Of a stretch of 64,000 bases of DNA, positions 1-13,175 are shown in pieces. This stretch comes from Chrysomallon squamiferum (Eukaryota; Animalia; Mollusca), in assembly GCA_012295275.1 (NCBI GenBank), contig CM022665.1, forward strand, positions 14,880,001 to 14,944,000. The letters are read 5' to 3'. The stretch's first letter is position 1. Every line of letters starts with the position of its first letter. The translations under genes were made by a program, and so were the position numbers. The notes beneath the pieces were generated by a model. It was given only the letters and a program-made list of their open reading frames with translations, was not told the DNA's origin and searched no databases.

Positions 1-266
1 ATTTTAGCGTAATTTAAAATTTTTAAGAGTTTGCTATCAGAGAATTTGTAATCAACATGTGGCCATATTTCGGCATAATTTCCAGTCACTGAGAATATAG
101 TATCAGAATTAATTTTATGATCAGAATGTGGCCACACTTCACAATATCCTTCATTTATCATGTTTTGCAACAGAATTGTTATTTCCAGTTTGGCATAACA
201 AATATCATCATATCAGGATTCTGCGGCTTATTTTTTAATTTTTATTTTATTTTATTTTATTTTATT

Positions 267-313
<47 letters not shown>

Positions 314-316
314 TTA

Positions 317-373
<57 letters not shown>

Positions 374-1465
374 TGTTTTATTGTATTATTATTATTTTTT
401 AATTATTTAGAATTAGGAATCAGGACATTCGTAATCATCACGTGATCGTATTTCACTATATTCTGTGTTATAATGAGATTGGTATCATGGTTGTTTTAAC
501 AGACGTGGAGTGATTTCAGTATACTAATCTATTGTCAGTAGTATCTGATTCGAATATAATTACTATATATATATAGTTCACTGATCAGATTTAGTATCAG
601 TCTAGCAGAAATGTATGTACACATATACACATGCATACATACAGACATACGTACATATTTATCTATAGGTATATGTACATTTACACACATGTAGACAGAC
701 AGACATACAGATAGATAGATAGATAGATAGATAGAAAGACAGACAGACAGACAGGCAGGCAGATAGATGGATGGATGGATGGATGGATGGATAGATAGAT
801 AGACAGACAGACCAACGGATGGATGGATAGATAGATAGATAGATATACAGACAGATAGATACAATCATAGATTTAGATGGATGGATAGATGGACAGGCAT
901 ATACATAAATATGTACGTGTGTGTGTGTGTGTGTGTGTGTGTGTATTTGTGTTTGTGTGATCAAAAAGTTTAAATAATCATAAATATTTTCAGTGAACAA
1001 ATATTAATACTATTTAAAACAAATCTTACTTAAAATTTAAATATATCTTGAACAAATAAATATAAACCATACATCTAAATATAACTCTCTAACAAAATCT
1101 CGCATTCGCATTTAAATAAACGTTTTTACTGATCACACACAAATGTTACTCATACTCTCAATGCAAGCCTTTTGTTAAACGTTTCACCTACATTTCAGAT
1201 ACAGCTTACTAGCAACTAAATAAAAAATCTTACTTAACCGTTTAACATATATAACTTTTCTGTTAAATCTTTCAGTCAGTTTACACAAATCTTAAACTTA
1301 AACTTTAAATATAACGTTCAACCTGGCCTGCACTTCAAAGCTTAAATTATAGATATACGTACAGGACAAAAACCAGATCTTATCAGACCTTTAACCTTCA
1401 CCAGAAACATACAAGTCACAAACCGCTAACCAGAACAAAACAGGTTCAGAAGTACAGGTTTAGTT

Positions 1466-1565
1466 TTACGATATTATGAACACGGGCCTGCCGAGGCGAT
1501 GCATGGCGGCAGTATGTGTATGTTTGTCTGCCTGCCTGCCTGGTCGAGACGCTGGGTTATATATG
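1466..1565 (-). promoter_or_regulatory. Putative TATA core promoter and start of a minus-strand transcript; first AUG opens a 12-aa ORF (1504-1466, MHRLGRPVFIIS*)
   Basis: Minus-strand TATATAA at 1563-1557; Inr-like CA dinucleotides 30-34 nt downstream (~1533/1529); GCCGCC-ATG at 1510-1502; locally CpG/GC-rich island (~1480-1800) in AT-rich DNA. Confidence 0.45.
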
Positions 1566-2629
1566 TGTGTATGTACAGAGAAAATAAGTAAACTGAATCA
1601 GCCTTGCACAGAAAGTCGAGAATAGTTTATATATATTTATATACTCGAGGGCACTGAACTTTATCAGTTGAGGTCAGAACCTGGAAATTCGTATTCGGAA
1701 TCCACTGTATAGATTAATTGTGAATATGTTATTAATAGAAGGATAATCGCGTTTTCCGCCTGGCTGTAGTCGAAAGCGCACGCGAAACGAGGGCGAGATC
1801 ATGGTTTTAATATTATTTATTTATTTCTTTGTTATATAATTTGTTGATTTAAACCGTACTTAAACTACCCCCGCACACACATACACACAAACATATATCG
1901 AATGAAATACATATACGCACACATCTACAGACATACATACGTCTTAACACACACAAAATATATATATATATATATATATAATCTATATGAGTATACTCAC
2001 ATGTGCCTCTGAGTACTGCAGATATAAATAGATGTCCATGACATTTCGATAACGATAGCTCTACACTACATCTGATTATTTAATACAAACCACCATTGCT
2101 ATAAAGCAGCTTATAAAACTAGTAAACTGAACATTTTAAACCGATATATATATATATATATACATATTTTACTTTATATTTTTCTTTACAATATACATGC
2201 ATTATATATTTATTTATTTATTATCATAATCATATTATTATTATTATTATTATTATTGTCATCATCATTAGTACTAGTAATAGCAGAATTAGTGATAGTA
2301 GTTGTTGTATCAGTGGTGTTGATAGTAGTAGTGATGATACTAGTGATGCAGTGACAGTAGTAAGAGTAATAGCAGTGACAGAGATAGTAATGATAGTAGT
2401 AGTAGTGTTGATACTAGCAACAGTGACAGTAGAAGTAGTAGTAGTAGTGATAATGGTAGTAATTACAATATAATTCGCAGCATACACACTAACTCAAACG
2501 CACAAAACAGAAATGGCTACTTTAACTATTATTATTATTATTACAGATATACATGTAAATTTATTGTTCAAGGTAAAATGTTTCCATAAATTGCATTATG
2601 ACGACTTTTTTCGTGTTTAAACGCAATTA

Positions 2630-3080
2630 TATCTTGTGCACTTCAAAACGACATACTGTTATCTTATGCACCTCGCAATGGTATCTTGTGCACCATGCAG
2701 TGCTATCTTGTGCACATCACAGTGATATCTTGTTCATTTCGCATTTATATTTTGTGCACTTCGCAATGTTATCTTTAGCACCTTGCAGTGCTATCTTGTG
2801 CACCTCACAGTGGTATCTTGCGCGCTTCGTATTGATATCATGTGCACTTCGCAGTGATAATTTGTGCACCTCACAGTGCTATCTTGTGCACCTCACAGTG
2901 ATATCTTGCGCGCTTCGCATTGATATCATGTGCACTTCGCAGTGATAATTTGTGCACCTCACAGTGCTATCTTGTGCTCCTCACAGTGCTACCTTGTGCA
3001 CTTCGCAGTGATAATTTGTGCACCTCACAGTGCTATCTTGTGCTCCTCACAGTGATATCTTGTGCACCGCGCAGTGATAT
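2630..3080. repeat. 22-bp minisatellite (TATCTTGTGCACCTCACAGTGC-like), ~20 copies, with 88-bp higher-order units
   Basis: Direct 22-nt periodicity; 2815-2902 and 2903-2990 are near-identical tetramers, followed by a 66-bp trimer. Confidence 0.95.
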
Positions 3081-3544
3081 ATCGGTCTGCTCACTGTTCT
3101 ACTTCTGCATCTGTACAGATGAAGAAAATAAATTCACCAAGCGGTTTTTCCACTCTGATAGCTTTTATAAAAGACAGTCACTGCAGTACAGCAAATTACT
3201 TTCCCAATTCGACATAGTAATCACTCAGATAAGGACGGTAACTAAATTAGAACAAGAAAAAAAAAAAAAAAGGAAAAAGAAACGGAAGTATTCGTGCTTT
3301 GCAACTTCTGGATCACCATTACGCCTCAGAGGACTGATGGTTAAGTCTATAATTACACAAATCCCCGGATGAATTCCGTGAACAGGCGACGTGATGCAGA
3401 GATCGTGTCACTGGGGTTAAAACTAGTAGGAACCTGGATTTGTTTCTAGCTTCAATTTACAGATCTGTGAAATACAGAAGAACTGATTCTTTTTTATTAT
3501 TACTGTTCTTTTTTTTTTTTTTTTTTTTGTATCCTTGCATCGTG

Positions 3545-3625
3545 GGCTGCCGATAGTGGATCGATCCTAGACTATGGTCCTTTGCGTTATTTTTCGTGAC
3601 AATCCATGATCCAATACTGGAATAA
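3545..3625 (+). mobile_element. Highly degenerate 5' part of a SINE of the same family
   Basis: GGATCGATCC (B-box-like) followed by ...TTGCGTTATTTTTCGT..CA..CCA...TCCA..ACTGG, collinear with the recalled head-to-central junction of the 11348 family. Confidence 0.3.
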
Positions 3626-3989
3626 TCTTTGCCACTGGAAAATGTATTACAGCAACAACAACAACAATAACAACAATAATAATAAGATGAAATTTCAAAA
3701 TTCATTTCCACTAATGGAAAAATATATATTTTCAAAAAAGATGCACATTCAGCAGTCGATAACGGAAAATAATCGATGTGTTTTAAGTATGTTGTTAAAC
3801 AAAACATAGTTAATCTTTTCAGTTTCAAGACGTACCAGTATTTATCTACATATTAACAGTAAGATACATACGTGCCATTACAGCACTATTTATTATTATA
3901 TATTTTTTAAATTTATTTCTTGGCGCGCATTTAAGATAAGAACTGTCAGAGCATTATATAATTTATTGATTTCATTATCGCTATAATTT

Positions 3990-4028
<39 letters not shown>

Positions 4029-5375
4029 TTATTAATAGTAACATTAGTATTAGTATTATTAGTATTATCGTAACATTTGCAGACGATTTCTCTTTGTCAT
4101 TTGAGTTCTCCAAATTACTCATTTATTACTGTCTCGCATTTCGTTACTTTTCCAACAAAAGTACCTTCTCTGAAACACAATTAATTCATTTATAACAATA
4201 ATACCCTTCTAAATATTATTAAAGCTTAAAGAAGAATAAATGGTTTGTGTTTCTAAAAGAAAATTGCACCTGTCCTTTTCTTCCTTTTTTAACGCCAAAC
4301 GATTTCCTTAACTGCCAAAATTCCTCCACGCTTCATGGCGCACCGCATACCTCTGATAATCTTCTTTTTCGTCATATTACAAGACCCACGCAACATTCTT
4401 TAACCCATGATCATTAAACAAAGGATAAAAAATAAAAATAAAAATAAAAATAAATAAATAAAAATTCAGTTAAAAAAAAGAAACAGTATGTATATATATA
4501 TATTATCGCGCGCTCATATATACAAATAAACATATATAATTTTTAATAATAATAATAATAATAATAGCAGCAGCTGCAGCAGCAACAACAATAATAGTAG
4601 TAATAGTAGTAATAGTAGTAATAATAATAATTTTCTGATAATATATATATATATATATATATAATTATTATTATCAGGTTTTTTTTTCAATCTTGTACGA
4701 AGTCATTGACGTCATACTAAAACAAGAATTAGACTTAAGTAGAAAATTAATAATTTTTATCTAAAATGGATTAAAAAAAAAAAAAAAAAAAAAAAAATAA
4801 TAATAAAAAAAAAAAAAAAAAAAAATACTGAAGACGACAGAAAGACATCACGATTTGCCGTATGGCATTCTTGAAAACTTTGCCGGAAGACCGTAGACTA
4901 GAAAAGTAAGTGACGTTGGAACTACTTTTCTGTAATGATACGAGCAACATACAGACACGAAGTGCTGACGTCATTCCATTTTTCTGGCTCGTAATAATTT
5001 ACGACAGCAAAAGCCTATTAAACCATTGTATCTCTTTTTATAATGATTTTTACTCCGTCATGGGAAAAGAATCTTCCCCAACTAGGAACGCAGTAACAAA
5101 CAAAATAACTCTTTTTTTCTTTCTTTGTGCGGTATGTATGTGTGTATGTATATGCATACTTGTATATGTGCATGCGCGGTTGTGCATAAGTTATCTGTAT
5201 TTGTATGTATTAAGCGTATGCGCCGCATATTTGCTTATGTGCGCCGGTGTTTGAGTGTGTGTGTATGTTTATGAAGACGCGCGTGTATGTACAATGCAGT
5301 ACACGAAAACATACACACACACAAACACACACGCACACGCACACATACACGCATACACACACGCACACATACACG

Positions 5376-5410
<35 letters not shown>

Positions 5411-6270
5411 TCACAGCTCCTAGGCTTACGAAACGTCTCTCAGAAGCTGCTACCCAGAAGACGTTATCGTTTGACATTTAGCGGGTAATGATGGTGAAAC
5501 CGGATAAACGCCGAAGAGATACTCGAGACGCTGGTGTCGTTTTTAGACAAGAAATCATTAACACAAATGTCACAACTTGTCGTGAAATGCTAAAATTACC
5601 AGATAGACACGGAGCCAGAAGCTTGCGGTCAAACGATGCGCGAGGCCAGCACCGAAGGCGAATTATAAATATACACTGACCTATACAATTGACTTGCTTT
5701 ATTTGTAATCAAAGAATGTGTTTTCTCGGCCTGATGACACTTAGGAAAGCTTTCAGAAAGGATATTTTGAAATGTTGAGAAAAGACATTCTTTTTTAAAA
5801 AAGAAATATTATTGGACTGGTGCTATTACCTTGAAAATATATATATATATAGACACACATACACACACACACACACAAAATATGTGTGTGTGTGTGTGTG
5901 TCTGTGTGTGTACAAGAAATACAAAAATAAATATTTCGTAATTTAGTATGTGCTAGATAATAATGATAATCATTATGATTATGATGATGATGACGATAGT
6001 AATTGTGGTACTGATAGGGAAAAGTAGCATTAATAACAATAACAATGTATTAATAGTTGATCTAACAACTGTAATAATAATAATAACAATAAGGATGACA
6101 TCGATATCAGTGATAGTAATAAAAAAACCCCAAAACAGTGAAAACAACAGCAACAGCAATAATAACAACAGCAACAACTATGATGATGATGACGATGATG
6201 ATAATAATAATAATGTTTATGTTGATGATGACGATGATAATGATGATAAAAAGAAGAACAAATAAGTTAC

Positions 6271-6588
6271 ATTAAACCAGAAGTTACTTTAACTTCGCTG
6301 GCTGACGTGGCGATTGTATGCAAATTCTAAACAGAAATTTAAAAACATTTTCACTAGATTACAGTTTTTAACAAGTAACACACTTGAAAATAATATTTTT
6401 TCCCCCTAAATTCAAAGAAAAACATCATTTCCCTCAAAATTATTTTACTAAAGGAGAATAATTAAAGCTGATCATTAAAACCTTACCTCTCAACAAAGCT
6501 CCATCTTTCATTATGACGTCATTTCATTATTCGTTCATTCTGTTTTGACCTGCCAAAGAAAGGTCACGTGATTGCTTTGCTGACGTAA
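6271..6588 (+). repeat. Dispersed repeat, copy A (CRE-bearing, probable DNA-transposon relic)
   Basis: Collinear with 15929-16294: ATTA.ACCAGAAGTTACTTT ... CATCAT...TCAAAA.TAT.TTACTAAA.GA.AA.AATTAAA.CTGAT..TTAAAACCTTACCTCTC ... ATTATGACGTCATTT.ATTATT ... GCTGACGTAA. Confidence 0.8.
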
Positions 6589-6769
6589 GCAACAGCCATT
6601 AATAAAAATAATTATATAATTAATTAAAATTAATAATAAATTATTTAGAAAAGTATTAAAATAATTAAAAATGAGAGTTGAAGAATGAATGCATGAATGA
6701 ATGACAGGTACTGATTTTGAAATACTTGAGTGTTGTGAATTCTGATTACATTATGTAGAAACTGCAGGA

Positions 6770-6812
<43 letters not shown>

Positions 6813-7588
6813 TAGTCTTTAATATTTCATGGTTTTATGCAAGCTGTTACTCTCTGTATCTATTTCAGTATATTATATCGTTACAACGTTCTATGACGTA
6901 AAACATAGTCACGAATTTTTGATGCCTTAAGACTGCTTGCTCCCTTAACCGAGAATCTCCAATGGGAACAATAAGAAATTACAAGAATTTAATAATAAAA
7001 TAAAACAAAATCAAATCAAATATAAAAAAAAAAAAAAAAAGAAAAAAAGAAAAGAGCTAAAATAAAAAATGATTTTGAAAATTGTTTAAAAATGAAAAGA
7101 AAAAAAAAGGGATATAAAAAAAAATCTTTGAAACTAATTTATTTTCCTGTAAAACGAGACAAGTTAAAATAAAAATAATTAACTAAAAATGTCAAGTATT
7201 CTGTAACACTATTTTCTAAAATTGTATTAACAAAAATAAGACAGCGAAAAAGAAAAAGAAGAAGAAGAAGAAGAAGAAAAAGTATCGTTTCATAAAATAA
7301 ATAAATAAATATGGATAGGTTAAGTAGAAAGAAAAGAGAAACAAAACAGAAATAAAGGAACAAAAAAGCCAAAGAAATAAAAATAATGAAAGAAAGAAAG
7401 AAAAAGAAGAAACACAAAACACAAAGAAAGAAAGAAATAGAGCAAGGAAGAGAGAAAATAACAAGAAAAAAGAGAAAGAAAGAAAAATGAAAGTTAATTT
7501 TTCTACGATGCATGTGCATAAGTGATTGACTCTGGAATTTCAGTAAAATATATTCAGCGTACATTCTCGTGAGTGTGCTTGCATTTCT

Positions 7589-7660
<72 letters not shown>

Positions 7661-8439
7661 CCAAGAGCTGACGATGCAATCCACTTTTTTCCTCTATAGA
7701 ATTTTATATATCTATAAATATCTATGAATATTAACAGTTTATACAATACAACGATGAAAAAATGAATGAACGAACGAATGAATAAATGAATGAATGATAA
7801 TGAAAGATTACTGCAGCTGATTAACATCACTGAATTTAAATATCTACCTCAATAAGTAGGATTACAGATGAGCACATACCAAGATAAATCACGCCATAGG
7901 CCTGTACACTGTGCCTGTTACAGATTTCAGTGTATCACTTTCTGCAGCAAATCTGTCAATATTACAGAGTCTAGGATAACGACACGATATTTTTTTCTCT
8001 GACAAATCCAAGGTGGCCATATTAATTTCCAGTAGAAGATATTTTAAATATTTTCCTGTAAGTGTTATAAGCCGCGATTTCATTCTGAATGTATCACCTA
8101 TTCAACAATGAAATACGTTTCAAAGGAAAGAAGTAAATCAGTTATTATTAAATGTTTAAATACTATATACACGTAATACAGATTTGTATGTTTCATCATT
8201 TAATACATACTTAGTATGTTAAATATTAATAAGCTTATTTAGTAAATTTTATTTTAATTATTATTAAGAAGTAAGTAGAATTATTAAAATCCCATACGTA
8301 AAGAGTTCATTTTTTTAATTTAATTTTTTTTTAAAAAGTAAGACGATATATTGTGCCTCATTTGGTTCGAGGTTCATTTTAACATGTAATAGATATTTAT
8401 GTCCGTTAAATTTTTCCTTTATCAACATTCATAATGTAT

Positions 8440-8486
<47 letters not shown>

Positions 8487-8561
8487 TTATTATTGCTAGT
8501 ATCATCAACATCATCATTATATTTTATTTCATTAGTTCACGCGTACCGAACTGTTCTCAAT

Positions 8562-8608
<47 letters not shown>

Positions 8609-8998
8609 TCTTTTAATTATCTTTTTTTTTTTATATTTCCTTTTCTCCTCTCTGTTACGGTGCCGTGCGTTGTGAATGTAATTTGAGCATCGAAAGAGAA
8701 AACGTGTCATCATCACCTAGATTACAACAGCTGGAAAAGGTGTGTGACAAATTAATATCATTATTTTCCAACGCGATGCCTTTTCATTGAGCTTCCAAGT
8801 ACCGTTAGGAAATAGGTTACTGACAGTGCGATATGGAAATCGTTCATTCTGCAATGAAAAACATATTAGCAGATCTGTTCGCGAGATCTGCTAGTAATTA
8901 TTATGTCCATAGTCGTATTATGCGTTTTCTAGATTTTATCGACCTTATTAAATCAGTCTTTAAAAAATTCGGTTAGAGTTTGAATCTAATGTTCTTTC

Positions 8999-9081
<83 letters not shown>

Positions 9082-9582
9082 CACAAAAAAAAATGAAATT
9101 TAAATCAACAATTTTTATGTTATATTTATTTCTCTCTCTCTCTATATATATAGTCAAAGTTATAATTATAGTTTTCTGTCTGTCCATTTTTATATCTGTT
9201 TTTCTTAGACATTATCTATTTATTTTTACCTATAGCTTTCCCTCTGTCTCTATTTTTATTATTATGCATTCATTCTCTTCCTTTTTACTTGTCTTTATAT
9301 TTGATATCATGATTGATGTACATGTCTGGCAGAAATAATCTTTTCTACATTCAGTTGTTAGAACTGAACGCACATTATATATTAATGGAATAAATTAAGA
9401 CTTTCGGCTCACTGAATTCGTATTTCAGTTTAAATGACAATGCTTAGCCGTTCATTAATCTCTGATTTTATCGTAAATGGCAGAATAAAAACTAATTTAT
9501 CTTCAGATTGCTCTGGAATTTCTAAGCGATTGTTTAAGTATTCCATGTCAAGTTTATTATTAGGTTTTTTTTGTGTACATGT

Positions 9583-9638
<56 letters not shown>

Positions 9639-10087
9639 ATGTACATATGTATATATGTATGAAACATGTATGTATGAATGTATGAATTTTTGTATATATA
9701 TATGTAAAATATGTAAATATATATGTGTGTATATATCTATGTATGAATGCATGTAAGTATGTATAAATGTATGTATTTATATATGTATATATGTATGTAA
9801 GTATGTATGTATGTATTTATATGTATATGTAAATATGTATATGTGTGTATGTAAGTTTGTATGTGCCTATGTTATAGTATACTTTTAATATAACACAGCG
9901 AATGTCGACATTATTGCAGTCGACAAATAAGATATAAGATCATAAGAATTCTCTTGACATCTCTGATATACCGTAGACGTGATTCTGAGAATATAAAACT
10001 TTAAAAACAAACCCATCTTAAAACAGCAATCTATACTGTCAGATAATTTTGAATTTTATATATTTATTTATTTATTTTTCATTATTG

Positions 10088-10146
<59 letters not shown>

Positions 10147-11347
10147 TTTATTTTTATTTTTATTTATCACGTCTTTAATGATGTTATATTAAACAGACGA
10201 TGGTGGTTCAAAGGGTTAAATCCATCATATTACTCGTGGTCGGAATTTTAACGATTATGAAACAGTAACATTATATATGGAGGTGCATGTCTTCCTGACG
10301 GATCACGACTGGTCAAAATGTTAACGTTATTATATCACGGCTTATAATTCATCAAACTGTTAACACCATTGTAAGTTTACGTAATGTATTACTTTGTGTC
10401 AAATAATTAACGAGTGTGGATGATAACGATGTTTGGAACCATTAGTGATGTCATATGATTGTATTACGTCCGTAGTGAATTATGACGACATTTAAAATGT
10501 AGCCGCGTCAGAGGCCGGCTATGGTTCTGTGAAAAAATATTGTTTTGTTCTTTGTGACTGATTTCCGTGAATGTTCCTCAGAGTCACTTTGAGCAATGTG
10601 ATTTATTATAAATCATCATCGTTTTGACAACGTCTGAGAGTTCAGGGATCTTCAACATCCAGGGAATTTTTTCTAACATGCTCGAGCTGAATTCAGGGTG
10701 TGAAAATTGCTCGGTGTATTGTTTAGTACATTTAATATGTCAAACGAATTTTCGAGATTTAGGTTAGTAGTTTCAGCATGCACTACTATCTGTAGAATTT
10801 TAAAATATAAACTTTATACTCAATCATCATAAAACATTGTATTATTTTTCAAGCTTTAATGTTTTTATTTGTTTGTTTTTTTTTTTTTTTTTTTTTTTTT
10901 TTTGTTATTTGTTTTCTTTCCTTTTTTCTTTCTTTTTGTTTTCTTTTTCTTTAAAAAAAAAAAATGCGAAATAGATAGTATACATACTCTTAATGTGAAA
11001 TTTGTGTGGTTTGTATCTTGTCAGAAGATTAACAGTATAGCACTCTGATATTATTTATTACAAGTCATGAAATTATTATATTAGTGGCTTAATATGAACC
11101 CACTTTTCAAACTGATATATCTTTTCGATGTCCATCATTACTAATATCCATATTTTATTACCAAATAAGTTCCTACACGAAACATTCTATTAGACACTAA
11201 TATTTTATTAGATAGTAATATTTTACCTGATAATTATATGCGCTAACATTACATTAGCTACTAACTCGATATGCTATCAAAAAGTTTCTAATCAGAGCAA
11301 CCCGTTATCAAACACGTTTTTCTTGCGTACGAACGTTCAGTTTATTT

Positions 11348-11660
11348 ATGGGTTATATCCCATTCATACCAGTGCTCCACAGATGGTATATTAAACGGCT
11401 TTGGTATGTTCTTCGCTAACTCTGGCAAGGTTCATATCAAAGATATCTTGCTGCTAATCAGTAGGAGTAGGCTACAGCAGGTTTCCTCTCTTATATCAAT
11501 AAGAAAACGTAACACTGCTACCCAGTCAGTGTTAATATATAAATACACTCATGAGTCATTAAACATTTATTCATCACGAAGGTTCAAGACCGAACAGCAT
11601 GGGCTGGGTGTTCATTTGTTCATGACACGTGCTGGGCTGGCGTTAAACATTCATTAATTT
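11348..11660 (+). mobile_element. Degenerate SINE, MetaSINE-like (central domain plus 3' tail)
   Basis: CCAGTGCTCCAC..GGTAT..GGTATG..CATAT.AAAGAT..CTTGCTGCTAATC...GAGTAG...CAGC.GGTTTCCTCTCT and the tail GTGCTGGG..G.CGTTAAACATTCATT resemble gastropod Meta-domain SINEs as recalled from memory, not from a search. Confidence 0.55.
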
Positions 11661-11679
11661 ATTAAGATTCACTTCTCAG

Positions 11680-11928
11680 TCTGAACGCAGGCGTCTCATC
11701 ACTGTTGACTTATCATTGTACTAGAGCTACCTGCTTTCATCCTACGGACAATGAACAGTGTTCGCATGAACCCAGGTAGCGTAATGGACCGCAGGGAAGT
11801 CTTGTTTGACCTGGATACGATCCTAGAGACGCTCAGTCTACAAAGCCAGTGACCGGCCTCGCGAACCACAGTGGACGCTGATTCCTTGATGTACTGTGAC
11901 AGGCCGGCATGTGAATCAGGAACGGTAA
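11680..11928 (+). pseudogene. Probable class A (peptide/FMRFamide-receptor-like) GPCR pseudogene fragment, TM6-ECL3-TM7-helix 8
   Basis: GC-richer island. The frame from 11709 reads LIIVLELPAFILRTMNSVRMNPGSVMDRREVLFDLDTILETLSL, with TGA at 11850. ANHS (11861, shifted frame), ADSLMYC (11877) and TGRHVNQE (11899, shifted frame) rebuild the TM7 signature NHSxNFxxYCxxGxxFRxE. Confidence 0.5.
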
Positions 11929-12389
11929 TGAACTTGGGGAGGTCATAATTGCCCACTGGTGCTTGTTTCATTTGCTGGAATGAGGACCGGAATAACTTTA
12001 ACCAGATTTCATTACCCACTGACAGACAGTGCCGCTATTCTGTTAATCACTGTGAAGCAGCGGGAGACTAATTCAAGCCGCAGTTTAACCGCCTGACACT
12101 GGGCTAATTATACTACAACTGTGACAAGTTAAGTGAATAATAGTTAACACAGACTGAGTCAGTAATTAGTACAGTAGTGACACGTTAAGTTAACAGTAGT
12201 CGACATTGAAACATGCTAGATATTATTATCACATTAACGCTACTGCTGAGTAATTAGTACACTATTATCAGCATTAGTAGTGATTAGATTGTAATGTTCT
12301 GGCTGGATTTATAATTAGAACTGTATTATTATTACTGAGTCAGTTAAATTAACAGTAGCCGACATTAACGCTTAATATATAGTAGATAT

Positions 12390-12585
12390 GGTAAGTGAAT
12401 AATTAGTACACTGATTAAATGTTAAGTGAATAATTAGTGCACTAGTTAGATGTTAAGTGAATATTTAGTGCACTAGTTAGATGTTAAGTGAATATTTAGT
12501 GCACTAGTTAGATGTTAAATGAATAATTAGTGCACTAGTTAGATGTTAAATGAATAATTAGTGCACTAGTTAGATGTTAAGTGAA
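12390..12585. repeat. 31-bp minisatellite (GTTAAGTGAATAATTAGTGCACTAGTTAGAT) x~6 within older related repeats (~12100-12830)
   Basis: Exact 31-nt period; units 2-6 carry the palindrome TAGTGCACTA; degenerate GTTAAGT.AA..AGTCGACAT relatives flank it. Confidence 0.93.
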
Positions 12586-13005
12586 AAACAGTCGACATTC
12601 AGTTAGTAATTAACACGATACAGACAGGGTAGTAATAATGGACGCTGACACATATTAGTTATTACGGCTTCGACTGGATTAATAATTAGTACAGTAATGA
12701 CATGTTAAGTTAATAATAGTCGACATCAACACACACTCGTAGTCATTACTAAAGAGACTAGTTACATTATTAATCCAGTACTCAGCTGCTAAGTGAATAA
12801 TGGTGGATAATGAATATACCAGTTTACAACACCTCTTAGATAATACTAACACAGTTTTTTTTAATTATGTTTTTAGGATATAACTTAATCTTTTTAAAAA
12901 CATACGAATTTGATATTGTCACCTTCGCACGATGACGCTGATTCTTAAGATAGTAATCGATGTACTTAGGCGTTATTTTCAAAACAAAACAAGTATATTT
13001 CGTTA

Positions 13006-13078
<73 letters not shown>

Positions 13079-13083
13079 ATGTG

Positions 13084-13123
<40 letters not shown>

Positions 13124-13129
13124 GTATGC

Positions 13130-13175
13130 CAGTTACGTCAATGAAAATATATATATATATTCATTGACGTAACTG
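13130..13175. repeat. Perfect 16-bp inverted repeat around an (AT)n spacer
   Basis: CAGTTACGTCAATGAA - aatatatatatata - TTCATTGACGTAACTG. Confidence 0.9.

Noticed and set aside
5722-5760. CTGATGA...GAAA hammerhead-like core
   Set aside because: Stem II is not formable and stem I does not pair around a valid cleavage triplet.
11699-12019. 106-aa minus-strand ORF (NEIWLKLF is faintly F-box-like)
   Set aside because: No further motif support; the island is better explained by the plus-strand GPCR relic.
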